Shown: positions 49,909 through 59,231 of the stretch, in pieces
Numbering within the stretch: position 1 is the first letter of the stretch
Layout: every line of letters begins with the position of its first letter
Origin: an uncultured Candidatus Saccharibacteria bacterium
GTDB taxonomy: Bacteria; Patescibacteriota; Minisyncoccia; Phycocordibacterales; UBA9973
Length of the DNA: 64,000 nucleotides
Direction of reading: 5' to 3'
NCBI GenBank assembly: GCA_964634365.1
Contig: CAZWJU010000003.1
Span: 36,890-100,889, forward strand
The notes under the pieces: generated by a model
The model's database searches: none
Told to the model about the DNA's origin: nothing
The model's input: the letters and a program-made list of their open reading frames with translations, nothing else
Made by a program: the position numbers and the translations under genes

Positions 49909-50737
49909 TTTGTTTTGTCATAGTTATTGCCTCCTGATAAATCTGTTCTGCCAAATTTTTATCTATATTGAATTTTTCATGAATCTTTTTAGGATTAAAA
50001 AGAATCAAGTCTTGTGCAAGCATTATATTATTTTTAGCAAATATATCTAAAATTTCTGTGTTAACCGACGGCAATACAGTTACTGGAAACAATTTATTTC
50101 TAACAATCATATCCTCTAGACTATCACCTTCTGGATAATTCCACCCGGTGATTTTTATTGATCTACACTTAGAGTATTTTATAGCGGTATCTGTAAACTT
50201 AGTATTAGTGATAATCCACATTTTATGATCGAAGTTGTTCTTTTCTTTTTTATTTTCAGCTTCTTCTATATCTAAAAGTCTTGCGTGGGCATACATAACA
50301 ACAGGAACATGAGTACGCAAACCTTGTTCGTTGTGATATTTTGCTTCTATCAAAAAATGAGTATCACCTTTTTCTGCTACAACATCTACCTCATGCTCTA
50401 TACAGACACCTTTCATTATTTGATTTAGCTTAGTCTTGTAACCATATGACTCAAGAATTATACTTACGTATTTTTCAAATATAAAACCAGCTGGACCAAG
50501 CGCTGATATACCTCTACGTAAACTATACACAGCAGCTAAAGCAAGGTCTTCTTTTATCAAATAAGACAAAGCTTTTCTGTATATACTATTTGTGGTTATG
50601 TCCGGATCAATCTCTAATAATATAGAATCACAAACTGTCTTCGCCAGGTCCTTTGGTGCTCCTGAATGCTCCAGAGAAGAGCAGAGCTTATCTTTATCGA
50701 ATAATTCTTTTTCGCCGGTTGATTTTATAACTTGCAT
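49901..50737 (-). CDS. ATP-cone domain fused to Mrr-like PD-(D/E)xK restriction-endonuclease domain
   Basis: N-terminal ATP-cone MQVIKSTGEKELFDKDKL…. Then an Mrr_cat-like FEKYVSIILESYGYKT…VDVVAEKGDTHFLIEAKYH (D…EAK). Its stop overlaps the LOG start by 8 nt. Confidence 0.65.
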   Translation of the reverse strand: MQVIKSTGEKELFDKDKLCSSLEHSGAPKDLAKTVCDSILLEIDPDITTNSIYRKALSYLIKEDLALAAVYSLRRGISALGPAGFIFEKYVSIILESYGYKTKLNQIMKGVCIEHEVDVVAEKGDTHFLIEAKYHNEQGLRTHVPVVMYAHARLLDIEEAENKKEKNNFDHKMWIITNTKFTDTAIKYSKCRSIKITGWNYPEGDSLEDMIVRNKLFPVTVLPSVNTEILDIFAKNNIMLAQDLILFNPKKIHEKFNIDKNLAEQIYQEAITMTKQNG

Positions 50738-50944
50738 AAATTTATTATACCCTGGTACAAAGCCATTACAAAAAAGATATATTTTGAAAAAAAATATCTT
50801 TATGATAAAGTCTGAAAATTATGGAGAGAATTTGGAAAATATTAATGTTGTTTGGACTTGCGATTATATATCTGCCATCTTTCCTTGTGGTTACACACCT
50901 AACTGAGACTTGGTCAGACCTACTTGAAGATTCTTTGGGTCTTT

Positions 50945-51104
50945 AGATATCATTCAAATAACTATCGTAAAGGGAGTCTTTTTGCTTATAGTAACTATCA
51001 GCAGTATTGATTATCTTCCTCTGGGTAAAATCAATAATAAAAGCGATTATAAGTGCATTTACAATGAGCAGAGCATAAAAAAATGGAGATTTATGTTTGT
51101 GCAT
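50945..51104 (-). CDS. Possible small membrane protein (~53 aa)
   Basis: ATG lies 3 nt after the upstream stop; hydrophobic core ALLIVNALIIAFIIDF. Below the ORF-track size cutoff. Confidence 0.25.
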
Positions 51105-51107
51105 ATA

Positions 51108-52247
51108 TTAATTAGAAATACCCCTTCTCTCTAGTTCATTTTTTATATCTGCTAGAGCATTTTGCTTTGCAATCAAGTCTGATTCTAAGTCAGATTTGAT
51201 ATCGTTGTATAAAAGTTTATGAATCTCGCCTTCACCAACAATTCCATTCAACACACCTTTTAGAATCTCGTATTTCATATCTATACTCCACAAATTCTCT
51301 GGACCTCCTGGCCTTTTTTCTTCAGACCATTTTTTATAAGTGGATTTCAGCTTTTCTACAGGCATAACAACGAGCATTATGTCATCCACACCTCTTTCAT
51401 GCTTTCTCTTTGATTTACTGTTTAAATTTCTCTTTGATCTTTCAACCTGTTTCTTTTTAAGATCTTTTTTTGCGTCATTTAAGGTAAATTGCACTCCAAT
51501 AATTTTATCATCCTCGCTAACACCCACTGCACGATTGTGATTTTTTCGTCTAATTATAAAATCAATTTTTTGTTCTACATCTTGGTATACATCTGCTTCT
51601 TCTATTAGAAAGTCTGCACCATCAATAGATAGTTTTGCGAGAAGGCCTTTTATCATTTTTTCAGCTAAAAAACCTTCGAACTGATCTTTTGTATCTTTGC
51701 TATTTTTAATTTCAAGATATGCTTTTTGTTTGAAAGTGTCAGTTGTAACACTACTTGATTCATCTAAAATAATCTGCTCATCGAGTTTCCCTGCGATTTC
51801 TCTTTTGGCCTCATTTAAAATATATTTCTTTTGAATATTTTTTGGGACAGAAGTATCAAATCCATAAGTTATACCCCACTCTCCATCTGTTAAAATATCC
51901 GAAAGGTCTAAAAATATTTGAGTATCCTTGTCGTCAAAAAAATAAAATTTATCTAGCTTTTTATCAAAAGATACAATCCTTGTCTTACCTGTTGATTCGA
52001 TAGACTCACCTGCATCAAGTTTCCTAAAATGTTTGTGCATTTTGCGAACTATATTTTGTTTTGATTTTTGTATATTTAATATTTCCGACTGAATCTCCCT
52101 AGAGTTGCCTCTCTTTTTAGCAGACTCATCTGTTATTTTGTCCGCCTCTTCTTTTAGAGCAGATCTATCTTCTTTAGAAATTTTAACAGCAGCATCACGT
52201 GCGTGCTCATTGTATTTACCAAGTATTTTATTGAAATCTTCGCGCAT
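51108..52247 (-). CDS. Hypothetical protein, charged/coiled; possible PD-(D/E)xK-like motif (GADFLIEEADVYQDVEQK)
   Basis: No confident family; the D…ExK spacing is noted only tentatively. Confidence 0.35.
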   Translation of the reverse strand: MREDFNKILGKYNEHARDAAVKISKEDRSALKEEADKITDESAKKRGNSREIQSEILNIQKSKQNIVRKMHKHFRKLDAGESIESTGKTRIVSFDKKLDKFYFFDDKDTQIFLDLSDILTDGEWGITYGFDTSVPKNIQKKYILNEAKREIAGKLDEQIILDESSSVTTDTFKQKAYLEIKNSKDTKDQFEGFLAEKMIKGLLAKLSIDGADFLIEEADVYQDVEQKIDFIIRRKNHNRAVGVSEDDKIIGVQFTLNDAKKDLKKKQVERSKRNLNSKSKRKHERGVDDIMLVVMPVEKLKSTYKKWSEEKRPGGPENLWSIDMKYEILKGVLNGIVGEGEIHKLLYNDIKSDLESDLIAKQNALADIKNELERRGISN

Positions 52248-52248
52248 A

Positions 52249-52420
52249 TATTAACCCAAAAATCCAAAAGTTAGAGCTAGAGTAAAAGCAATACCTAATA
52301 TTCCCAATATCGGATGAATTCTGTACAAGATAATAGAAATTGCAACTAATATTAGAAATTTTATATAACCAAAAGCTTGGATGGTATTAATAATAGGGAT
52401 CAAAAATTGTGGTGTATTCA
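52249..52420 (-). CDS. Possible small two-TM membrane protein (~57 aa)
   Basis: Found by reading the minus strand; its stop lies 1 nt before the downstream start. Confidence 0.25.
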
Positions 52421-52439
52421 TAGAAAAATTATATCACAA

Positions 52440-53183
52440 TTATTGGTTGCTATCCCATATCTTTTTCCAATCTTCTAGATTGTCTTTATGGAGATCACAG
52501 AAAATTTTAAATTCTTCGACACTGGTTATTTTTGCAGTTTTATTTTCACCATTTTTAATACCAAAAATTCTTGCTCCATCTAATGCGATTATTTTATCTT
52601 TGTATCGCAACTCGATCTGTAGATGCAGTCTCGGGACCATACCTCTCGTATCTCCACTGTTGCCAACAGTACCAATAGAGCGAGTTGTTTTTATTGGAAT
52701 ATTGGGATAAGTATGAAAGCTCATTTCGCGAAGCATTTTCTGATACTTGGTAAATTTAACTTTATATTTATCTAAGTGCATATAAATACTCCAGAGAGAA
52801 AATCCATCATCGGTCTTTATATCTTGATGAGATAAGAGTACATATTTTCCGTTTGTTCTACTAAAACCAGAATACTCAAATATCCCAGGAAGTACTGGGT
52901 ACACGAGGGTCTTGTGTTTTGCAAGTATATCTATACCAATATGAAAATAATTTGAAGCATGGATTATAGGATGAAATCTAAAACCAAAGTGACCAAAATA
53001 TTCGTCTATATTTATATCTTTAGTCTTGATCGGATAACGTAGGCCTAACATTTTACCTAGCCTATTATAAAAATCTTCCCAAAACTCATCGTATGTGAGG
53101 TCGGGAATATAGTGCTGAATCTTGTACTGATAAGATCCCGGCCGTTTTATTATCCTGTCTTCGATAGGTGGTAATACCTGCAT
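52440..53183 (-). CDS. M23-family metallopeptidase (LytM-like)
   Basis: HIGIDI, SIGTVGNSGDTRG, PRLHLQIE motifs. Confidence 0.75.
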   Translation of the reverse strand: MQVLPPIEDRIIKRPGSYQYKIQHYIPDLTYDEFWEDFYNRLGKMLGLRYPIKTKDINIDEYFGHFGFRFHPIIHASNYFHIGIDILAKHKTLVYPVLPGIFEYSGFSRTNGKYVLLSHQDIKTDDGFSLWSIYMHLDKYKVKFTKYQKMLREMSFHTYPNIPIKTTRSIGTVGNSGDTRGMVPRLHLQIELRYKDKIIALDGARIFGIKNGENKTAKITSVEEFKIFCDLHKDNLEDWKKIWDSNQ

Positions 53184-53220
53184 ATAAACAGTATACCTTG
53201 AAAAATACTTAATTAAAAAA

Positions 53221-53910
53221 CTAGTTATCTGACAAGATTTTACCGTCTTTTAGTTTAAAAATTCTATCAGCCAGAGCCGCATATTCAGGCTCATGTGTAA
53301 CCATTATTATCGTCTGACCCTCTTTATGTAAATCTAAAAAACACTGGAGCACAGCCCTTGAGGTCTCTGTGTCTAGGTTTGCCGTAGGCTCATCGGCAAA
53401 GATTATTTTTGGATCATGACTTATTGCGCGAGCTATAGCAACACGCTGCTGCTCACCTCCTGATAGCTGACTTGGTAGGTTGTTGATTCTATGCCCTAAA
53501 CCAACTCGTTCAAGTGCAACCTTAGCTTTCTCGTTAGCCAGAACAGGTGGCACACCTTGCATCAAAAGAGGAAGGCTAACATTTTCGATTGCTGACAATG
53601 ATGGCAATACTGCATAATCTTGAAATACGTAACCCAGATAATACAATCTAAACCAAGTTCTATCATCACTAGAAAGTTTGCCTGTGTCTACACCATCAAT
53701 AACAACATCACCGCTCGTTGGATGGTCTAACAAACCGAGCTGATACAAAAGAGTACTCTTACCAGAACCAGACTTACCTGTAACTGCAATAAATTCACCT
53801 TTTTTTACAGAAAAAGAAATATTATCAAGAGCAATCACCTGACTGTCTCCACTATCAAATTTTTTGAATAAATTTTTTGCTTCAATCATATTATCTTCCA
53901 AGTATTGCAC
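53221..53910 (-). CDS. ABC transporter ATP-binding protein (FtsE/MacB/LolD-type)
   Basis: GKSGSGKSTLL, LSGGEQQRVAIARA, IFADEPTANLD. Confidence 0.85.
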   Translation of the reverse strand: MQYLEDNMIEAKNLFKKFDSGDSQVIALDNISFSVKKGEFIAVTGKSGSGKSTLLYQLGLLDHPTSGDVVIDGVDTGKLSSDDRTWFRLYYLGYVFQDYAVLPSLSAIENVSLPLLMQGVPPVLANEKAKVALERVGLGHRINNLPSQLSGGEQQRVAIARAISHDPKIIFADEPTANLDTETSRAVLQCFLDLHKEGQTIIMVTHEPEYAALADRIFKLKDGKILSDN

Positions 53911-55168
53911 TTAATGTATTTTGTTTAATAACAATTCTAGCGGGTATAAAGCCTGCGATTATCGTAGCGATAAAAAGTATAAACGCTCTTATAAGAGTTC
54001 CTGAAACTGTAGCAACCAATATACCATCACTAAAAGGAAAGTTAATCGGGTGAGCAGCGATAAAAGGTTTTAGAAATCCAAATATAATTAGCATTCCTAA
54101 TCCAACACCGGCAAAAGAATAGAAAAGTGACTGGAGAACATAAGAAAACAAAATTGCTGATTTGGTGATACCGATACCTTTCAATATTCCAATATATCTA
54201 CGACGAGTAATTGCATTTACGAATATAACAATGAAAATCGTGATCGAAGCAACAGCAAGTCCGATAGATCCTATAACATTACCGAGCAATGCAAATGTGA
54301 CTTTTATATCTTTCAAAAATTTAGGCTGAGCTTCAACCCATGTCTGAACACGGGCCCGGCTTTCGACACCACTAGCAACCAAAGCTCTTTTAGCACTATC
54401 AGCCAAGGCAGGATCTTCTAGAGAAACAACAATCTCATCGACATTCAAATCTGTTCTACCTATCAGCTTTCTTAGTTCAGAATCAATCATGTAAATTCTA
54501 GAGTCCACATCGCCAACTTTAGATAAAACTACTCCTTTAACAATAAACTCTCTTTGATTTCCGTTTATAGTTAGTCTAACTTTTGAACCAACTTCAGTTT
54601 CTTTTAGTGTTTGAAAACCTGGGGATTCAACTGGTGTATATTTAAAAAGCAGGCTACTACCTATAAGAATAGAGTTACTGTCCCCTAGTTCTAGATATGA
54701 ACCTTCCTTTATTAAACTCGATAGTCCTGTAACTTTATCTTCTTGGATAGGATCTATACCTGCAACCAAGCCACTCGCAGAACTCACGATCTGGTTGGGC
54801 TCCAAAGTTTTTCTATAATTTTCTTCCACCTTTCCACCCTCTGTGTAGCGAGCTGTGTGGGCAACGTATCCTGGAATAGTCTCGACTATTTTTTCTACAT
54901 CTCTACTTTGTTCAATATATGCCCTGTCTAAAAATGGAGTGATGATAATATCACCTGTGTAGTGAGTTTTATTGGCCTCTTCTGAACCTTGAATAAGACC
55001 GACCAAAATACCAGAAACAACATTCAAATTTAAAAAAGTTAGAGTCATAACGAACATAATCAGGACAGTTGTCCACTTGTTTGATTGTTTTATGTCACGT
55101 AACGCAAGAAAATACCCAACTCGTAGAGAAGTTTTAATTTGTTCAAATTTTGTCTGATTAAGCTCCAT
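53891..55168 (-). CDS. ABC transporter permease, FtsX/MacB-like (4 TM with large extracytoplasmic loop)
   Basis: TM1, then a ~230-aa extracytoplasmic domain, then 3 TM ending …AILGR. Overlaps the ATPase gene by 20 nt. Confidence 0.7.
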   Translation of the reverse strand: MELNQTKFEQIKTSLRVGYFLALRDIKQSNKWTTVLIMFVMTLTFLNLNVVSGILVGLIQGSEEANKTHYTGDIIITPFLDRAYIEQSRDVEKIVETIPGYVAHTARYTEGGKVEENYRKTLEPNQIVSSASGLVAGIDPIQEDKVTGLSSLIKEGSYLELGDSNSILIGSSLLFKYTPVESPGFQTLKETEVGSKVRLTINGNQREFIVKGVVLSKVGDVDSRIYMIDSELRKLIGRTDLNVDEIVVSLEDPALADSAKRALVASGVESRARVQTWVEAQPKFLKDIKVTFALLGNVIGSIGLAVASITIFIVIFVNAITRRRYIGILKGIGITKSAILFSYVLQSLFYSFAGVGLGMLIIFGFLKPFIAAHPINFPFSDGILVATVSGTLIRAFILFIATIIAGFIPARIVIKQNTLSAILGR

Positions 55169-55210
55169 TGATTCTATTACTATACCAGAAATTTCATTAG
55201 GTCTAAAATA

Positions 55211-55236
55211 AAAACGGCGAATATTTCGCCGTTTAA
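55211..55236. terminator. Terminator aaaaacggcgaatatttcgccgttt
   Basis: Hairpin plus T-run after the vWA gene. Confidence 0.6.
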
Positions 55237-55251
55237 AAAGAACAAAAAGAA

Positions 55252-56061
55252 CTATCCTCCGAAGCCACCCATCGCAGTCTGACTGAAACTGGCAGCATTC
55301 TGGCTTGCACGAACAGCGCTTTGTGAGAAAAGCTGGAATGCTTTTCTGATTTCACTTTCAGTGTTTCCTGGAGTAAGGATCCATTCGTCTGGTATACCCA
55401 TCTCGCTAAACACTTTACGAAAATCAGTGCTTCCATCATCGATCCCCATAGCAGCTACGATATGGTTTTCAGTTTTGAGTAAACTGTCCACCACCGCTTT
55501 TACACTTTTCGGATTTTGTTTTTGAGAATGAACATCTGCACCGTCAGTTACGATAAGCGTAATGCTTCGAACTGGTGTACCAGAGAGAGATTCAAACTCT
55601 TCTGCTTTCACAGCCAACGTTCCCAAAAATACTACTGATTCATCGTAAAGAGGTGTTCCTCCGTTAGGATTGTAGTTGTGAGAATCCATCAAGATCGCCT
55701 GTTCAACCGGAATCCAAGGATAGAGCATTGTGCCATTCAAATATTTTGTTAAGGCCAGCACACCTTTTCCTTGTTTTGATTTTTTAACAGAATCAATCAC
55801 CAGGTTGTAACCTTTTCGAACAATCTCTGCGTTACCAGACATTCTGATTGAACCAGAGTCATCGATAAGCATTCCGATAAGGACAACTTCACTTGCGTCT
55901 ACGTTGTCAATAGAAATCCCCATCGCGTTTTGTAATTCGGCACCCATATCTGGGATATTGTTTATCGCAGATAGTGCTTCAGGAGAAAGATTTCCTGAAA
56001 GTTCAGCTTGTTTCAACAACTCCTCTGGAGTCATTGAGTTAATACTGTTTTTCGAGTTCAT
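55252..56061 (-). CDS. von Willebrand factor type A (vWA) domain protein
   Basis: MIDAS DDSGSIRMSG, GGTPLYDE, LIVTDGAD. Confidence 0.7.
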   Translation of the reverse strand: MNSKNSINSMTPEELLKQAELSGNLSPEALSAINNIPDMGAELQNAMGISIDNVDASEVVLIGMLIDDSGSIRMSGNAEIVRKGYNLVIDSVKKSKQGKGVLALTKYLNGTMLYPWIPVEQAILMDSHNYNPNGGTPLYDESVVFLGTLAVKAEEFESLSGTPVRSITLIVTDGADVHSQKQNPKSVKAVVDSLLKTENHIVAAMGIDDGSTDFRKVFSEMGIPDEWILTPGNTESEIRKAFQLFSQSAVRASQNAASFSQTAMGGFGG

Positions 56062-56145
56062 AATGATTATTTAATTTTTTGAAATGAACATTTTTGTTTA
56101 TGGAAGTGCGCTACTTAATTTTTAGCGCACTTCCATTTTTTTTGA

Positions 56146-57264
56146 TTAACCCAGTAATTCGTGTGCAACGCCTGGCCAATTGGCTATATCGTCGGTTGAT
56201 TTAACAATATGCATACCAGCTGCACGGAAACGATCCATGGCTTTATTTGCTTCGTCTGTAAAATCAGCGAGAAATCCTCCGTTTCCATCAGGTACAGCTA
56301 CGGCACTTGTTCCATCTTCCAAGATATAAACTTTTTCAGCGAGTTTTGGATTGGTATTCAAAATCTCCTGTAAGATATCGTCGATTGAAGATGCAACGCA
56401 GTGACTCGAAGCCTGACCGGCAATAATTACAATATCGTCTTTCAATAAATGATCGAGGAATTTTGTATTTCTTTGCAGATTTGAAGGGTTTCCATCAAAG
56501 CGGGTCAAAACTTCCGGCTGAACTATTGAATAGTTCTCTGAAAGCGGGTGACCACCTTTGATTTCGATTGCAGGCTGGCTTGAGCGTGCATATGCATGAA
56601 ACATTCTGGCTTCGTTTACAACACCCACAAGGGTATGGCCAATTGTTCCGATCATGCAATGCTCTGGCCATAAATACAGGGTGTATTTTTTGCGACCACT
56701 GTTTGGATCTTTCAATTGTTCACAATAGTAAACACACTGTTTGTATAACCAATCAAGAGATACACCGAGCTCAAGCGCTACACGCGGATTCGGCATAACA
56801 AAATCATTGATTACATTACCAGCAAGGTCCAGGTTGATAAGATATTTTTTACCGGAAACTTCTTTTACGTCGATAAGTGTATGTGGGTTTAATTCCACTG
56901 TATCTTTATCAACAAAGAAATTAGAAAAAAATATCTGCAGCGGAAAGTGTGTGTCGAGGGTCACAGTAGTCTTTGTGATCAGGTCTACATTTTTGTAGAT
57001 GAACTGGGCGATGCGCTTCGAATCTTCAATAGCACCTACACCACTTCTTCCACCTACATAAAGTGTCCCCTCTGGGTGACAGAAGTCTCTTTGCATATCG
57101 ATCAAAAGTAAATTGATTTTTACCTTGTCGCTAGCAGAGGGCTTCAGGTTTACACTTTTTGCGAATTTAAGAGCCTCGCTCTTAACACGAGCCAAATCTT
57201 CATTGTAGAGAAAATTGGCTGCATTGTCTGGATTATAGAATCCAGGAGTTTTTACATTTTTCAT
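56146..57264 (-). CDS. Isochorismatase/nicotinamidase-family cysteine hydrolase (long form with insertion)
   Basis: LLLIDMQRDFC (Asp) and IIAGQASSHCVASS (Cys). Confidence 0.55.
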   Translation of the reverse strand: MKNVKTPGFYNPDNAANFLYNEDLARVKSEALKFAKSVNLKPSASDKVKINLLLIDMQRDFCHPEGTLYVGGRSGVGAIEDSKRIAQFIYKNVDLITKTTVTLDTHFPLQIFFSNFFVDKDTVELNPHTLIDVKEVSGKKYLINLDLAGNVINDFVMPNPRVALELGVSLDWLYKQCVYYCEQLKDPNSGRKKYTLYLWPEHCMIGTIGHTLVGVVNEARMFHAYARSSQPAIEIKGGHPLSENYSIVQPEVLTRFDGNPSNLQRNTKFLDHLLKDDIVIIAGQASSHCVASSIDDILQEILNTNPKLAEKVYILEDGTSAVAVPDGNGGFLADFTDEANKAMDRFRAAGMHIVKSTDDIANWPGVAHELLG

Positions 57265-57294
57265 AAAAATAACAATTTTGTTTGTGAAAAAAAA

Positions 57295-59214
57295 TTATTT
57301 TGTACTTATAGTTAATTGCCATATCTCCTTTTTAGACACAGCAATAATTCCACCTTTTCCCAAATACAACTCCGAAGTCGAATCGACAAATGGCGCAGTA
57401 TCAGGAAATTCTTTTTTAACTTCAATTTTATTTTTTTCTTGCACTACCCGAACAATCCCTTCTTCGGTAGCGACATAGAGTGTATTGGCAACTGCTAAAG
57501 ATCCTCTAATCCTACCAAGCCATGATCCATCACCGGAAAGCGCACTTGCTTCGGCGACTAGCCTGCCTGTTAGATCGAGAACATATGCACGATTTATACG
57601 AAGAGAACCCTCACTGGTAGATATGAAAAACCATATATACTCACCTGAGAATTCACAATTTACATCGATAATTTTACCCTTAATTTTAGGAATCAAAATG
57701 TTGTCATTTATACCAACACCATTTGTATTAAAGATAAAAAATCTTTGTATGTCTTCTCTTCTGTAAAAACCAAAACCAACACGCTCTCCTGACCATATGT
57801 GAGTAGAGTCTTTTAAAACTGACCCTATATATGTTCTGTTCGAAGAACCTAATATTTGATCAATTCTGTATAGAGATCCACCTTCTGTAAAGAAAATATT
57901 ATTGGAGTTTGTGGCAACTGACGGTATGCCATTTGGATTATCGATAGCAAACGCATCTTTCGAACCACTTTTTGAAATAATGTTTATTTCATTGTCTTTT
58001 CCAAAAACAGTTTCTTTGTTGGTTATTCTGTATCTCACTTTAGAATCTTCGGGACCTTGTTTTACAACTGTCTTATCTTCACGAATATATGCATTTCCGT
58101 CATGGTAAAGATAAATCAAGTTTTTGCCATTGTGAGCTGTTCTGAGTATTTTTCCGGTGGTAGAAAATATTTTCTCGGCCACGACAGATCCTCTGATTGT
58201 AGCTACAATAGCTTTCTTTTGTACTCCAAAGCATTCGGGGCACATAGCCCTCGCATGAACTGTTCCACATTTTACGCAAGTCGTGAATCTTAACTCATCT
58301 ATAAATTTAGATGGAAATAATCCACGCTCTTTGTTTGTAAAAGTTTTGTTGAAAAATTCAAGCAAATCATCTGGCAAGTACTCATAATTCCTAGCCTTTT
58401 TGGGATATATAACATCATCTCTAAATATACTGATAGCTTCTATTGGTCTTGTGTGGTGAGCGATTTTTGGTCCAGATTTTGGTCTATAAACACCACCATA
58501 AGGATGCACCGAGAGTAGTGTCTGAAAAAACATTACTGTAAATGCGTACCAGTCGGACAATTCGCCGTGAGGCGATGCTTGAACCAAGTGACTCTTGCCG
58601 TCTGGGCAAAGCTGCGGATGAGTTATGGGATTAGCCAGTATACACAATAATGGGTCAACAAACCTTTCATCGAAAGTAGAGCTTGGAAAACTACCAAATT
58701 GGTAACTATCGGCATCAATAAACCATGGGGTTGTTTTATTTGTAATCAATACATTTAAATCGTTAAAGTCTCCAATAATAATTTTCTTATTATGAAGATC
58801 TGTTACGGTTTTATGCATCAATGCAAAAACTTTTATAAGCCAATCCTCTTCTCTACCAAAAACATAAGATGATGGTTGGCTAAAAGTAAAGATTGGTTCA
58901 GGGTTTTTCAATAAGTCCATCGAATACCCTCTTATTAGACCCTTTGTGTCATAGGCGAGTTCATTTGGGACAATGACATTTTTCGGTAGATTTTTAGGGA
59001 ACAGGCTAAGTTTAGCCTGATGAATTCGCAATCTATCTTCTGCGCCTTTTTGAGCAAATATATTGCCTTGATAATCTATATGATCCTTGCGTTTGAAAAG
59101 TTTCAAAGCCTGACCATTACCAATATCAAATATATCTGCCTCACCCCCTGATCCGATTTGTTTCAGATTTCTTGTTTCAAAATCCTGAGAATTGATAAGA
59201 ATTTTCATAATCAC
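57295..59214 (-). CDS. Protein-kinase-like domain protein with central Cys4 zinc-ribbon and C-terminal beta-rich (propeller-like) region
   Basis: Gly loop IGSGGEADIF, Lys in ALKLFK, catalytic-loop-like IIGDFNDLNVLI, FIDADS. Zn ribbon CVKCGT…CPEC. C-terminal repeats. Confidence 0.55.
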   Translation of the reverse strand: MIMKILINSQDFETRNLKQIGSGGEADIFDIGNGQALKLFKRKDHIDYQGNIFAQKGAEDRLRIHQAKLSLFPKNLPKNVIVPNELAYDTKGLIRGYSMDLLKNPEPIFTFSQPSSYVFGREEDWLIKVFALMHKTVTDLHNKKIIIGDFNDLNVLITNKTTPWFIDADSYQFGSFPSSTFDERFVDPLLCILANPITHPQLCPDGKSHLVQASPHGELSDWYAFTVMFFQTLLSVHPYGGVYRPKSGPKIAHHTRPIEAISIFRDDVIYPKKARNYEYLPDDLLEFFNKTFTNKERGLFPSKFIDELRFTTCVKCGTVHARAMCPECFGVQKKAIVATIRGSVVAEKIFSTTGKILRTAHNGKNLIYLYHDGNAYIREDKTVVKQGPEDSKVRYRITNKETVFGKDNEINIISKSGSKDAFAIDNPNGIPSVATNSNNIFFTEGGSLYRIDQILGSSNRTYIGSVLKDSTHIWSGERVGFGFYRREDIQRFFIFNTNGVGINDNILIPKIKGKIIDVNCEFSGEYIWFFISTSEGSLRINRAYVLDLTGRLVAEASALSGDGSWLGRIRGSLAVANTLYVATEEGIVRVVQEKNKIEVKKEFPDTAPFVDSTSELYLGKGGIIAVSKKEIWQLTISTK

Positions 59215-59231
59215 TTTTTAAAATGTGAATT

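Noticed and set aside
56062-56145. Hairpin ggaagtgcgctacttaatttttagcgcacttcc plus a T-run between the vWA and hydrolase genes, as an operon-internal terminator
   Set aside because: The T-run is on the plus strand, where there is no gene. On the minus strand the hairpin is followed by an A-rich tract. It is probably not an efficient terminator for the minus-strand operon, though it could be a stabilising or attenuating structure.
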